The notes beneath the pieces are model-generated. The model did not search any database. It was not told where the DNA came from and saw nothing but the letters and a program-made list of their open reading frames with translations. A DNA stretch of 57,560 nucleotides, filler included, from Circinaria calcarea (lineage: Eukaryota): NCBI GenBank assembly GCA_051942165.1. It is 8 parts of 8 records of this genome, joined end to end, with 100 filler letters (N's around TTAATTAATTAA, not from the genome) between each part and the next. Parts side by side here need not be neighbours in the genome. Positions count along the whole stretch, not along the records: positions 28,872 to 35,976 come from JAVECS010001408.1; positions 36,077 to 43,179 come from JAVECS010001409.1; positions 43,280 to 50,376 come from JAVECS010001410.1; 5 more parts are not named here. The stretch is one strand, 5' to 3'. Made by a program: the position numbers and the translations under genes. This document shows, in pieces, positions 35,054 through 47,500 of this stretch; positions within the stretch are counted from its first letter, which is position 1, and every line of letters begins with the position of its first letter.

Positions 35054-35976
35054 ATGGAATCTCTCCCCCCGCCTCCTCCTGGTGGCGATCGGAACAGAGC
35101 AGATGCACTCCTTGTTATTTTCTGGGTACCATTCCCAATAGTCGTCTTAATAATTTCCCTTAGGTTCTATGTCAGAATCTCCATAAAAAGTGTAGGGCTG
35201 GATGATTATCTTATGCTCGTTACGGGGGTAGGGAAAAGCAACTCAATCAAGCAATATCGTGGACTAACGCCTTGAAAGATACTGTTCATATTCGTCCTCG
35301 CAATACTAACCCTAGAAATTATGAGCGGGGGTGTGCGGCACATATATTATCTCAATCCTGTCCAGCTCGAAATTATCCTCAGGTACATTGCGATCAACCT
35401 GCCCTTTGCGATCATGTCCAGCGCCTTCGGCAAAGCATCGGTGGCTATCCTGATTTTAAGAATCATTGGGCCCAACACCTTCTGGCGAAAATGGTTTTTG
35501 TATATCAATCTCGGACTCTACATACTTACCAGTGCATTGAACTCCATTCTCGCTTTTTTCCGGTGCAGTCCAGTGGGAGCGTTGTGGGATGTGCGATTAC
35601 TCCCGACGGCGAAATGCTGGGACACTGCAGCCTGGATCGGTTTTTCTATATTCCAGTCTTGTAAGATATTCCTAGGACGGGAAACTACCCAAACTGATCA
35701 GAGAAACAGCCTATGGCGCTTTCATGGATTTTGCTCTCGCCCTACTCCCCATCACGATTGTCTGGAACTTAAAGCTAGACATGAAGAAGAAGGCTGGACT
35801 CTGTTTGCTTCTTGGAACAGGAGTATTGTGAAAGCCCTTTTTGAATCCGTCTTGACGCATAGACACTAACTGCTATATAGCACGGGTATCTGTGCCGCCA
35901 TTAAGACAGCGCTGCTCAATGACTTTACCTCCCAAACCGATGTGACCTGTAAGTTTCGCATCTATCATAAGTATAG
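35054..35976 (+). CDS. PTH11-like (fungal rhodopsin-domain) integral membrane protein, truncated at contig end
   Basis: LRFYVRISIKSVGLDDYLML, GGVRHIYYL, GKASVAILILRII, FFRCSPVGALWD, DFALALLPITIVWNLKLDMKKKAGLCLLLGTG. Confidence 0.85.
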
Positions 35977-36076
35977 NNNNNNNNNNNNNNNNNNNNNNNN
36001 NNNNNNNNNNNNNNNNNNNNTTAATTAATTAANNNNNNNNNNNNNNNNNNNNNNNNNNNNNNNNNNNNNNNNNNNN
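35977..36076. other. Artificial contig linker
   Basis: 44 N + TTAATTAATTAA + 44 N. Confidence 0.98.
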
Positions 36077-36084
36077 CGAACTCA

Positions 36085-36840
36085 TTGCCTAGGCACCAAG
36101 AAGGGCAAACCACGCTGCCGGGCAGGAGTGTCAGAGAATCGACTCCTCGTACTAGGCGTCAGTCAACTCAAGAAGATAGTGCGAATATAGATGGGGGCGC
36201 GTTGGTAAGAACACCGAGAAGACGGACAAATCCACCATCCTGGTACATGCCAGAGTCTCATGCAGAAACTCATGGGGAAGGGGTTTGGCATCTCCATACA
36301 GTATCCTCACACTTAGCTGTGTTGGACGGCATGACGCCGAATCTTTCCCAGATTCCCGCATCAAGAGTTCCGCACCCGCAGCGGGTTGAAATGTCTAGAC
36401 AGCCAGTTGCAAGAAGGTATCAGTTACCACAACTCCTGGCCGAAGCAACTTTAAACTTCGCAGATGATGGCGAAATACAATGGCCTAGCGCTGCTGACCG
36501 GTTGAGATTGACCGAAACATACGGAGGGGTCGGCGCCGGAGGTAGCAGAGAGAATAATTCACAGTCAAATTTTCAAGACATTGTACGCAGCCAGAGCGCG
36601 CGTCAAAGAGCAGTGCAAAGAGATGCCTCCTTACAACGGACAGGTGCGCAGCAGACACGGAATAGTAGTGCTTGTACCTCTGACAAAGGTAATCTTGAAG
36701 AGGCGTACAAAAGGGCCTATCGGCGTTTGGACCAAAGCTGTTGTGCGGGTTTGAACAGGTTAGAAATGCAAGCGAACCTTCAGCGCGCAATCGATAGGAT
36801 GAATCTCGAAGAAGACAAGAAAAGACTAGGCATATGGTGA
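36085..36840 (+). CDS. Hypothetical protein, probable 3' part truncated by the contig start
   Basis: 251-codon open frame from the contig edge, convergent with cysteine synthase; no motif recognised. Confidence 0.45.
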   Translation: MPRHQEGQTTLPGRSVRESTPRTRRQSTQEDSANIDGGALVRTPRRRTNPPSWYMPESHAETHGEGVWHLHTVSSHLAVLDGMTPNLSQIPASRVPHPQRVEMSRQPVARRYQLPQLLAEATLNFADDGEIQWPSAADRLRLTETYGGVGAGGSRENNSQSNFQDIVRSQSARQRAVQRDASLQRTGAQQTRNSSACTSDKGNLEEAYKRAYRRLDQSCCAGLNRLEMQANLQRAIDRMNLEEDKKRLGIW

Positions 36841-36955
36841 TCAAAGGATGGACGTTAAAATCTCATTAATAACGGAGAAAGAGCATGTGTGATTAGATAT
36901 GTAGAAGAAATTGGATAGAAGTGGGCGCATAGACATGTGCTCTTGATTGGAATAG

Positions 36956-38148
36956 CTAAGGCAAAACAATGTATCGCTCTAGATGCGGAGGTATTGCTTG
37001 CAGGAGTTTCTTTTCTCGAAGCCATTTCCGGGAGAAGAGTCTGTCCGCGTAACGATAGGCACCGTCGCATAGGACCGTAACCACTGTGTGCCCCTTTCCC
37101 AGCTTCTCCGCTACCTCTTTGGCAGCGACAACGTTCAGACATGAGCTGGCGCCGAGGTATAGGCCCTCTTCGTCTAAACATCGGTATACCATCTCTATAG
37201 TCTTCTCGTCACTGATATGAAGTGCACCGTCAACAAGCTCTATATCAGGTTTTAAGTTATCTGTTATTCGACCCTGACCAATTCCTTCTGTGATACTTGA
37301 TCCTGATCTTTCGTTTAATTTGCCCCCGCTCACTATGTACGAGTGAAGCACACTTCCTGGGGGATCTGCAAGGTAGGTCTTCACTCGACCGTTGGATACG
37401 GTCTTGAGATACCTGGTGACCCCTGCCAGGGTGCCGCCAGTTCCCGTGGCGCAGGTAAATGCATCCACTTTTCCATCGGTCTGATACCAAATCTCAGGCC
37501 CCGTAGTTTCGATGTGAGCTCGCCTGTTCGCAATGTTGTCAAACTGGTTTGTCCAAACTGCGTTTTCCAAGCTATCTGCATGCCTCTTAGCTTGGTGGTT
37601 GTAGTTCTCTGGGTTTTCAAATGCCACGGCCGGTACCGGGAAGACCTTTGCACCAAGTAACCGTAACAAATCGACCTTTCCCTGTGATTGCGTGTTCGGC
37701 ATGTATATTACCAGTTGATAACCTTTCGACCGACAGACATGGGCTAGGCCAATGCCAGTGTTGCCAGCTGTCCCTTCGACGACCGTACCTCCTGACCTTA
37801 GGAGACCACTTTCCTCGGCATCTTTGACTACGTATAGTGCTGCTCTATCCTTTACACTGCCACCGGGGTTTTGAAATTCAGCTTTGCCCAAAACTTCGCA
37901 TCCAGTCTCTTCCGAGAGTCGATTGAGGCGAATAAGAGGGGTGTTGCCAATCGCTACGCAAGAGTTTTCCGTCAGTAACGCCCTTGGTACGAGCGGTACG
38001 AATGAGACCCACCTCCCACAAATCCATTTACATGCCCTTGTGCCTTTGCTACCTGAATTCCATATGGATTGGGGCCTTCCATCTGGGCGAGAGTTTCTGC
38101 TGTACGATAAGCTGTCGTGGCGAAGCGGCGAACATTCCGCGCCAACAT
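36956..38148 (-). CDS. cysB: Cysteine synthase (PLP-dependent O-acetylserine sulfhydrylase family) with a mitochondrial-type presequence
   Basis: ATG 38148 gives [15 protein letters not shown]...[17 protein letters not shown]. Intron 37954-38012 joins it to [26 protein letters not shown] (PLP Lys), [13 protein letters not shown]. Confidence 0.93.
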
Positions 38149-38441
38149 GACTTGTCAATAATAAAGCCACAGGACAATCCACACACCTATGGCGAGATGT
38201 TGCGTGGTTAGAAAGGAGATTAGAGAACTTCATCACCAAAATGTCGAGGCCTTCCAACGGCAGAAAACGCATGATGGCGCCATACCGCTACAGCTACGGA
38301 ATAACTTTTTAGCGTGTACTCGCTTGGCTCCGGATCTCCCTTTGTTTATTTTGGGGTTTTGACATGTTGACCTGGAGCGTAGAATATGTATTCATATCGA
38401 GCATCAGCAACTCGTATTAATATCCAAAACACCTGTGGAAA

Positions 38442-41400
38442 ATGCCAGGTCGGGTCTCTGCGCGCAATTCGACCGCCCCTCGAGTCTCGCGCAAATCATC
38501 TGTTCCAAGCCTAAACTCGCGCGCATCGACTACATCACGTATATCTACGCCGACAATTGTTGTGCCTGACGAAGGCCCGTCTACTGCCTTGAGAACCCGC
38601 ATCTGCCATATATTTGCGGACGCGCAAAAGACTACTGCTGGCCACCGAAAACTTGTCGTCAACCTGAGAAAGATACAAGAAGCTTGTTGTTACGAGCCTT
38701 CAAAGCCTGGTCGGAACGAGCGTGATTCTCTCGACGAAGACGATTTTAATGTCGAACTAGCGCGATGCGTCATCAGGCTGGTCGGAGTCAAGAAGAGTGA
38801 GGGTGTGGGAGATCGTCTAGTCCGGTTTATTGGGTTGTTCTTGCGACATGCAAGTGACAAAGGTATGGTAGAATAGACCGCCGTCTACGCGGTAGGGAAC
38901 AACTTATGGCTCACGAAATACAGACGCAGCACTTGTGCCAGAAGGCGAAGTCGACGAGACCTCCTCTTTTCCAGAGACTCCTAGTACAAGATTGACATCC
39001 CATATTCTATCGGTGCTCTTGCCTTTACTGGCTTCGAAGGAGAAGACTGTCCGTTACCGCTCGACACAGCTTGTCTCTCATATCATTAATTCGCTTGATT
39101 CAATCGACGATGAATATTATCAGTTATTGCGAGGGGGTTTACTAAAGCGAATAAGAGACAAGGAGCCAATGGTTAGAGTACAGGCTGTTCTAGGGCTAGG
39201 TAGACTGGCTGGTAATGAAGGCGACGATGATGAAGACAATGAAGAAAGCGAGAGTGATGAAGTTAGTGGTCTGCTTCAAAAGCTTTTGGAGGTTTTGCAG
39301 AATGACCCAAGCGCGGATGTCCGTCGCTCGCTGTTGCTCAATCTGCCATTGACTCCTATCACGTTGCCTTATCTTCTAGAGCGTGCTAGAGATATTGATC
39401 CGGCGACCCGGAGAGCCCTATATTCAAGACTGTTGCCGGCATTGGGCGACTTCCGCCATCTTTCACTGTCGATGCGGGAGAAGTTACTACGGTGGGGCTT
39501 ACGCGATCGAGACGAGCACGTTCGTAAAGCCACCGCAAGATTGTTCAGAGAGCGGTGGATAGAAGACTGTGCAGGGCCTAAGGCTGTAGCCGAAGAAGGC
39601 GGAACTAGAGATGATCTACGCCCAAGTACTAATGCCTTACTTGAACTACTGGAGCGTATTGATGTAATGAACTCTGGCGTCGAAAACGGGGTGGCGTTGG
39701 AAGCTTTAAGGGAGTTTTGGGATGGACGACCAGACTACCGAGATGCTGTTTGTTTTGATGATCCTTACTGGGATCACCTGTCTGCCGAGAGCGTGTTCCT
39801 AGCCAGGAGCTTCAATGATTTCTGCAAAGAAGCTGGCGGAAAGAGTTACGAGGCTCTTCTGGAGGAGAAGATGCCGGAGGTGACAAAGTTTGCCTTTTTT
39901 CTACAGCGATACACCAAAGACTTAGTTGAAAAACTTCGAACGACGAAGGCGACAAACGAAGGCGACGAGGAAGACACCGTAGAGCAAGAGTTCATTGTCG
40001 AACAGCTCCTACACATGGCACAAACTCTCGACTACACGGATGAAGTGGGGCGAAGGAAGATGTTCGCTTTGCTTCGCGAAGTTTTGGCTATTGCGGAGCT
40101 GCCAGACGAGATAACGAAACTTGTCGTGGACGTCTTACGTTGTGTTTGTGGCAGCGAGAGGGCAGGAGAAAGAGAGTTCTGTGGTGTGGTTCTAGAAGCT
40201 ATTGCTGAGGTACACGATGTGATAGCCATCGATGAGCCAGTACTTGACGAAGGTGATGAAAGCTTCCACTCGGCTCGCTCGGAGGTTACCGATGTTACTC
40301 CAACCCAGGATAAGCGGAGTAAAAGGTCGGCGGTTGAAGATCCAGAACAAGACGAGATCAAAGCCATCAGAGAAATCGTGGTGAACATGAAGTGCCTTCA
40401 TATCGCGCAATGCATGTTGCAGAACGTAGGAGAAAATCTGCAAGAGAACGTTCACCTTGTCACAATGCTTAACAACCTTGTGGTACCAGCCGTGAGAAGC
40501 CATGAGGCTCCAATTCGAGAACGAGGCCTCCTCTGTCTTGGGCTCTGCTGTCTTTTAGATAAGGTAGAAATCCTCAACTATGTCTCTGAATGGTCTATAC
40601 TAATCATTTCCTAGAACCTCGCCGAAGAAAACCTTGTACTTTTTCTTCACTGCTTTTCGAAAGGCCACGACAGTCTTCAAACAAATGCCATCCATATTCT
40701 ATGCGACATTCTGACTACACATCCCACCCTGTTATCTACTCAGAACTCTGATGCAACTTTACAAAAGTCCGTTTTCAAAGTCTTCTCGAAGGGCATAAAA
40801 GCTGCTCACAACCCTGACGTCCAGTCCGCTGCCACAATTGCCGTTTGCAAGCTCATGCTTACCACTATCATCGAAGACGAGGATCTTCTCAAACAGCTTG
40901 TCGTGTGCTATTTTGAGCCGGGTACCAAGGAGAACGCCGGGGTAAGGCAAGCCCTCAGCTACTTTCTCCCCGTATACTGTCACAGTCGACGAGAAAACAT
41001 GGAAAGGATGGGTAATGTAGCATTGAGTGTGCTTCATAACCTTATCAACTTGGGAGAGGAAATGGACGAAGAGGAAGAGATGGTAGGAATGGGCGTGATA
41101 GTGAACATGCTAGTTGACTGGACCGACGCCAGGAAATTAGTGGTTCATGACGATGCAAACGTGAGCTGGGATGAGGCAGGAAAGAAGGAAATGAAAGCTG
41201 TCAATGGAGACATCCATCTCGAGTTAGCAAGTAACTTACTTGAGAAGGCGATGGGTCACGGCTGTCCAAGTAAGAAATAAGATAGGAACTTGATTGACCA
41301 CTGCTAACATGTTGAACAGAAGAAGAGAAGAAGGTCCTGATCCCTATGCTGGCCAAGCTGTATATCACCCCAAATTCCAATCCCGAAAAAATCCAAACGG

Positions 41401-41753
41401 CATTCGACCTCGCGGCTGAGGCCATCGACCTCAAGATCGCCGGTGATGCTCTATCTCGCAACGCCTTGACAAAGATTCATTCCAGCATGGCGAAGGTCAT
41501 CGGCGAAAATCAAGTCAGCAAGCAGAAGGAGTCGAGTGAAGGCGTGACGGTCCGGGAAAATGAGACGGTCATGGCAATGGAAGACGAAGCGGAGGATGAA
41601 GAGGAGGATGAAAAGAAGAATGTAGAATCCCCAGCACTGGGTTCGGAAGAGGAAACGAAGATGGAGATGGTGGCAGATGAGGGACCCACTCAGGTAAAGG
41701 ACTCTATCCTAGACGAGTTACTCGACGACGAGGAAGAGGAAGAGGAGGCGTAG
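38442..41753 (+). CDS. YCG1: Condensin complex subunit G (HEAT repeats; Cnd3/Ycg1)
   Basis: IFADAQKTTAGHRKLVVNLRKIQ, RIRDKEPMVRVQAV, LQNDPSADVRR, LLERARDIDPATRR, LDYTDEVGRRKMFALLR, LSYFLPVYCHSR. Multi-exon. Confidence 0.93.
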
Positions 41754-42219
41754 TCTGCGCTGAGTCTGGTCACACGGATATTGGGTGTTCCGGGCATGAA
41801 TACGAATTTCTGGGATCCAAGAACTTTACGAATGTGCATATTGCGGCCATCTGTACTGAGTAACGGAGGAAGAACAGCAGTATTTTCATGGCTATTGATC
41901 CTTGTGGTACTATCGGAAGTGCATCTAGCATATGTACTAGTACCGTTGGAATCCACCCGCCCTTAATTGCAAGTATTTAAGGTGCCCATCCCCGGCGAGG
42001 TAACCTGTATGCCTGGGAAATCCGGGGTGAGATGGGGTGTAATTTCAGGCTTCGCCACAGCAACCAATCGCCCTTGTCCACCATATTCATCAACAGACAT
42101 TGGCAAGTTAGAGACTCGTGTAATATATGCTTCGAGACCCGAGGGCAGCAAAAACAAAAACATACAACAGCTGGTATTCGCTGGTGGTCACCCACCCAAT
42201 TACTAATCAGCCGATCTCA

Positions 42220-43039
42220 AGCTTATATATAGCAGAGCGGACGGGATACCCAGATATTTATATATCTTATAAAAAAGAATCTATTTTTAGAAAATAGGAC
42301 GCTGCTTTAGGCTCTTTAATATCTTTTTCGGATATTTTTAAATATTTATCCTCCGGCTGTTTTAATTATGCGTTGCCTTATAAATATAATTATTATAAAA
42401 TTATCCTAGCGACGAGAAATATAATTAAAATATAAAAAATAATATATTTACGGTATATAATTTAAAACGGCCTAATCCTCTTAAATCCATAATCGTATAT
42501 GATAAAAGAAAACCACGTTTATTTTTTTGATAAATATTTTTATTCCGATCCTCAGCGTTTAAATCGTCGTTATTTTTTCTTTATTTTTCTTTTTCTTTTC
42601 CTTTTCCCCCGTATTCGGCGTGCTGATCCGGGTGTGATCGGGCGATATATTATTCGGTGTTATATTTATCGCGCAGGAAACGAAAATAAAAATTAATATA
42701 TAAAATTTAAAAATAAAAAATTACGAAAAAAATTTAAATTAATAAATTTAATTTAATAAATACGAAGGGAATGAATTCTAAATATAATTTAAATACGTAT
42801 AAATTATAAATAATATAATTAAAATGCGTGCGCCGATGAATTATTTCTTATATAATTATAATATAAAAAATATTTTAAATTTAAAAATTAAAACGGTTAT
42901 TTATTATAGCGCTAAATTATATTTATATAAGAAATCGCGCTAGGCTCGGGATTTCGGCCACCGGTTATAAAATATAAGAAGTATAAGAAATATAAAAATA
43001 TTTACGGTATTCCGGTATTATATTCTTATACTTCTTAAA
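42220..43039. mobile_element. AT-rich, RIP-like degenerated repeat/transposon relic
   Basis: Abrupt shift to very AT-rich, TpA-rich sequence with few CpA/TpG but retained CpG (gcgtgcgccg, atcgcgc); no convincing protein-coding ORF. Confidence 0.6.
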
Positions 43040-43179
43040 TGTTATGGCGCCACGCCATACCAGTTACGCTAAACCCCAAGAAGCCTACCGTCGGGGCGGA
43101 GGAACCCGACACCGGTGCTCAGAGTGCTCAGGAGCACTTGGCACCAGAGCCATCTGAGCATAGCAGGCAGCATGCTCAG

Positions 43180-43279
43180 NNNNNNNNNNNNNNNNNNNNN
43201 NNNNNNNNNNNNNNNNNNNNNNNTTAATTAATTAANNNNNNNNNNNNNNNNNNNNNNNNNNNNNNNNNNNNNNNNNNNN
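43180..43279. other. Artificial contig linker
   Basis: 44 N + TTAATTAATTAA + 44 N. Confidence 0.98.
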
Positions 43280-43753
43280 GAGCATGACTTTCCCTTGGAC
43301 GATCACAACCTTAGTTGTCGGCAAGACAGACATATTAGGCCGATCGCTTCGCCACGCCATCGGCGACGACGTCTCCATCCTGGGCCACTGCCACAACATC
43401 GTCATCGGGCAGGTGACCTCGACGATTACCGTGAGTATTCCGAATCTGAGCGCGAATCCGACTACATGATCGATGATGAGGCCGACTTCGAAAGCTCATC
43501 GACCACCAGCCTAGGTAGCTATGTGCGTCGACGCCCTCGGTTCCACGACAGCGTCTGGGGTGATCCTCAACACCATAAGCAACCAAACCATCGTCATGGT
43601 TATGAGTACGATGATAACAACATATGGGATGACGATACTATCTACGAAAGAGGAATCGACCGTGTGCCTGGACATGTTCCTAGGGACCGATACCGGACTG
43701 AGCACAGGGACAGGTACTCCATAGGTTCGTCGGATAGTCTCTACACTTGGTGA
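43280..43753 (+). CDS. Hypothetical R/D/H-rich protein, 3' part
   Basis: Open frame from the contig edge to TGA at 43753; low-complexity charged sequence. Confidence 0.35.
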   Translation, partial: EHDFPLDDHNLSCRQDRHIRPIASPRHRRRRLHPGPLPQHRHRAGDLDDYREYSESERESDYMIDDEADFESSSTTSLGSYVRRRPRFHDSVWGDPQHHKQPNHRHGYEYDDNNIWDDDTIYERGIDRVPGHVPRDRYRTEHRDRYSIGSSDSLYTW

Positions 43754-44501
43754 TGCAGTTGATGGGTTGGTGCTACAGGTCCTTAATATCGTGGATATTT
43801 TAGGCAGAGTGTTTTCAATCGGGCTTTGGTTTGGTTTGGGTTTCCTACAACTTATTTAGCTTACCGAGCGGTATGTTTCTGGTGTGCAGAACAGGGCCTT
43901 TGATGTTGTTGGGTAGAGCATTAGACTGTTTGGCTTTTCAACGATCCTCCGACAAGCAGTGTATGCTCCGATGAGAAAGCGGAACCGACTGCCGTGTATA
44001 TTTCAGACGTTGGAAGTGCCACGTATATTGGCTCGTCTCGGGATGAGAAGAGTCTCAGTGATTGTGACATTATGTTGATTGGTTGCTAAATAATACGAAT
44101 TTCTCTTCCTCAATCGGTGAAATTCCTCACCAATGCCGTACGTCTTAAATCAATAAACATCCAAAGTAGAACACTATAGACCCCAGAACGTCCAGCTTAG
44201 CCTAAGGTAATGTGGCCAGGGACCTGTCAAGATCTGAAGATATCTTCCCTCGATTGAGGAGGCCGACTAAAATTTCAGCAACAGGACTAGCGTCAAGGAG
44301 TCTTCGTGCTTATCCCTTTTAAGGTTAGCGTACTTTCTCGCGCGAACCTCGCATCCTCGTTCCTGAACACCACGACATGAAAATCTTCCTGATCATTCAA
44401 TCGCCAACCACGCCGAAGTAGCGAATAAATTTCCCTCCACAGTAACCTACACACTCAGCAACTATCAGTAACCGCTTCTGCAACGTGCAATCTCCGACAA
44501 A

Positions 44502-47500
44502 ATGCCGGCTCAATTACCAGCAAGTTTTGCTTCGGCCGCAAATGGTGTGAATGATGAAGGGAGAAGCTCTGCGCGAGGTGAGGGCAGCGGAGACTGGTAG
44601 GTTACCCGATGTACTTACAGCGTTGGCTGGAACCTTCTCCTTGCCACATCTACTTTTGCTGCCTTTGGACGTACTACCTGTTCGCATGCGCTGCGCATCC
44701 TCACGTACTACAACTGGGCGACGGCGTAGATGCTGATTCACTTAATTTACAGGTCGAGACCCCGTACAAACGGTGCCGCAACGCAAACATTTCGCCGTTC
44801 CTCACTTGCGACGACATTGTCACACAACAGAGACAATAGCCAGTCGAATGCGGCTACTTCTAGTACCGGCGTCTACGTACCCCCTCATCTGAACTCAAAC
44901 TACCAACCTCTCTACCCCCGCAACTCCTCGATCATGGATAGCCGATACTCAAGGGATCAGTTGCTGGATCTGTTTCGGACTCATGGAGAAACCGGGCAAT
45001 TGAATAAGAATGTATCAGAACTTTTGATGGGCGGATGGAACCCTGGAGTTGCAAATGCCAGCACCAATGGCACATGGAACAGGAATGATGAGCACAAGGA
45101 TAGCATTAACGGCCCTGAAGTCTGCTGGGACTTTGAAGGGTCAGTCCAGCCTCTGGGCCTCATAGACATGGCGGATGATGAAAGAGAGGTATGGTCTTCC
45201 AGCTTGATATCCCTCTCGAACTGCGAAGAGCTGACTTATCAAAGCTATTCTCCACTTCTGTAAATTCCCCTCTTAAAGCACCACCCCAGACCAATAACAA
45301 AGATGCGACACCAACGGGTGGCATCAATGGCCGAAAGGGCTCAATCTCGCAAGGTGCAACTGGGGGTTCAAGCCAAGGCGTGGGAACGTCATCCAGCCGA
45401 CCCGGAATTCGACGCCGAGAAACCAGCGATTCTTTCTCATCAATGAATACTTTAACATCTCCACTCAGTTCTATGAAGCAATCGAGAGACGAAGCACAAA
45501 TATCCACACCTCCTCCATCGCTACTGCGACGAAGAACAGATTTTAAGGACAGTAGCTTCGGACCTGTTCTTAGTGATAGGACCAGGGAAAATAATCGTCC
45601 CGATGATATCGATGCAAACTCCCCTTTTGGGTCCTTTAGACGTACTAGCACTGGGCCTTTAAGTGCTGGCGTAAATGGGCCATCTTCCCCATGGTCGACT
45701 GCCCCACAGTCTGCTGGGTTCCCACCGATGGGCGCCTTTGGTAATTTTTCTTTAGGCGGTGGATCAGGGCATCCACAAACACCCGGAGAAAAGAAGCTTG
45801 GATTTGGGGGCCAACGGGCAGAGAGTCGATTCAAAGGTTTCATGGGCAAGGAAAACACAGAAGAAATGTCTTCGAAACTTAAAGACAAGTCTTCCATAAG
45901 CAGTCTGGAAAAGCTTATGGAGACAGAAAACGAGCGAAATACTTTAATCTGGGATTCAGCTCGTTCAACACGTCCTTACAACTCTGAAGCACAATCCGTG
46001 GGCGAGACGGACCCTCGAACGGGGAGCGCGGCGTTAGGAGGAGATGATCCTAGCCCACCTCCCCAGCATTCTTCCTTGCCCTACACTTTAGATCGCCAAG
46101 CTCCTCATGACGATATTGGGTTTTCCACGTTTGGAACATCTTCTGATATGCCGCCTTTCCGTGAGATGATGCAGCGCCGGGAATACGCCCAGCAACAAAC
46201 CCCACAAACACGCCAATACGCAGGTCACGCGAACGAGCCAATGAGTCCCACGAACACAAATCCGTATCAAAGCCCCGAGGATGAAAAGGCGACACCTGAC
46301 GACGTCGACACTGATAGTTCTGATATTCCAAACGCTCATCAACCAGGCTCTGGTATGTCCACCCATGCTTCGAGGCCATTTAATTCAAATTACGAAGGCA
46401 CTGCAAGTGATAGGAGTCAGACGTCAAGCACCGGTCCTATGCGAACTTTTCCGAACCTGAATAACCTAGGGGGCTTGGGCGGGCTGGGCACCATTGGAAG
46501 TTGGTCTACGGCACCTGGTGCAGTGGGAACCCCTAGTAGGGTACATCCGGGATATGGTAGTGGGTTTGGAGATTCCATATTTGGGTCACTCGGGGATATC
46601 CAGTCACACGGTCAATCAGGAAATGGTCTTTTTGGCGCACAGAACCCGTCTAATCTTGGCAATGTTGGGACTATCGGACGGGGAAGTAAAATGGGCTCCT
46701 TGTTCCCAACTGCAATGCAGGACCAAATGCGCAGTGGAGAATTCTCGAAACTCGAGCAAGCACTAGAAGATCCTCGAGACCTTCAGTACAATAATGGGAG
46801 AGGTCCGGCTAACCTAAATGCACCCGGATTTGGAGCCCCTTCAAGGGACACAGATAGTCCTTCACGTCATGGGCGTGGCATGCTTGACGACCTATTTGGG
46901 AACCTTGACAATCGAGGCCGTGGCTTTCAGGTGATGAATCCGATGTTCGGGGCAACTGAGGTCCAAACGAGCGCATCTAGTCAAGTACCACTATCATCAT
47001 CTTTACCGCCACCGTTCTCAGTGGTTTCGACAGTGGGGCTAAACCCTTCGATTTCTACAACATCCAGCAACTTTTTCGCGCGTACACAGGACCAAGAACC
47101 ATCGAGCGGGATATCTAACCAAATCCCAGCCGCTCAACAGCGACAAATGGTGATGCCTGATCGAATGCGCTGGATTTACCGAGATCCGCAGGGAAACATT
47201 CAGGGGCCATGGTCGGGTCTTGAGATGCATGACTGGTACAAGGCCGGCTTCTTCTCACCTGAACTACAGGTCAAGAAATTGGAAGATGCGGACTACGAGC
47301 CTCTAGCTCAACTCATTCGACGTATTGGAAACTCACGTGAACCATTCTTGGTTCCGCAGATAGGCATACCGCATGGCTCGGCGAATGTTCCACCTAGTAG
47401 CAATATCCCGTCTTTGGGTAGCATCCCGGCTACGAGTCCTAGTGTTCAATCTGGCTCGGCTCAACCGCCATTTGCCAGTAGTTTTCCGAGCTTTGGCACC

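Noticed and set aside
37954..38272. Extended 438-aa cysteine synthase N-terminus from the ORF track
   Set aside because: The frame is open by chance through a 59-nt intron. The homologous N-terminus ([10 protein letters not shown]...) is in another frame starting at 38148.
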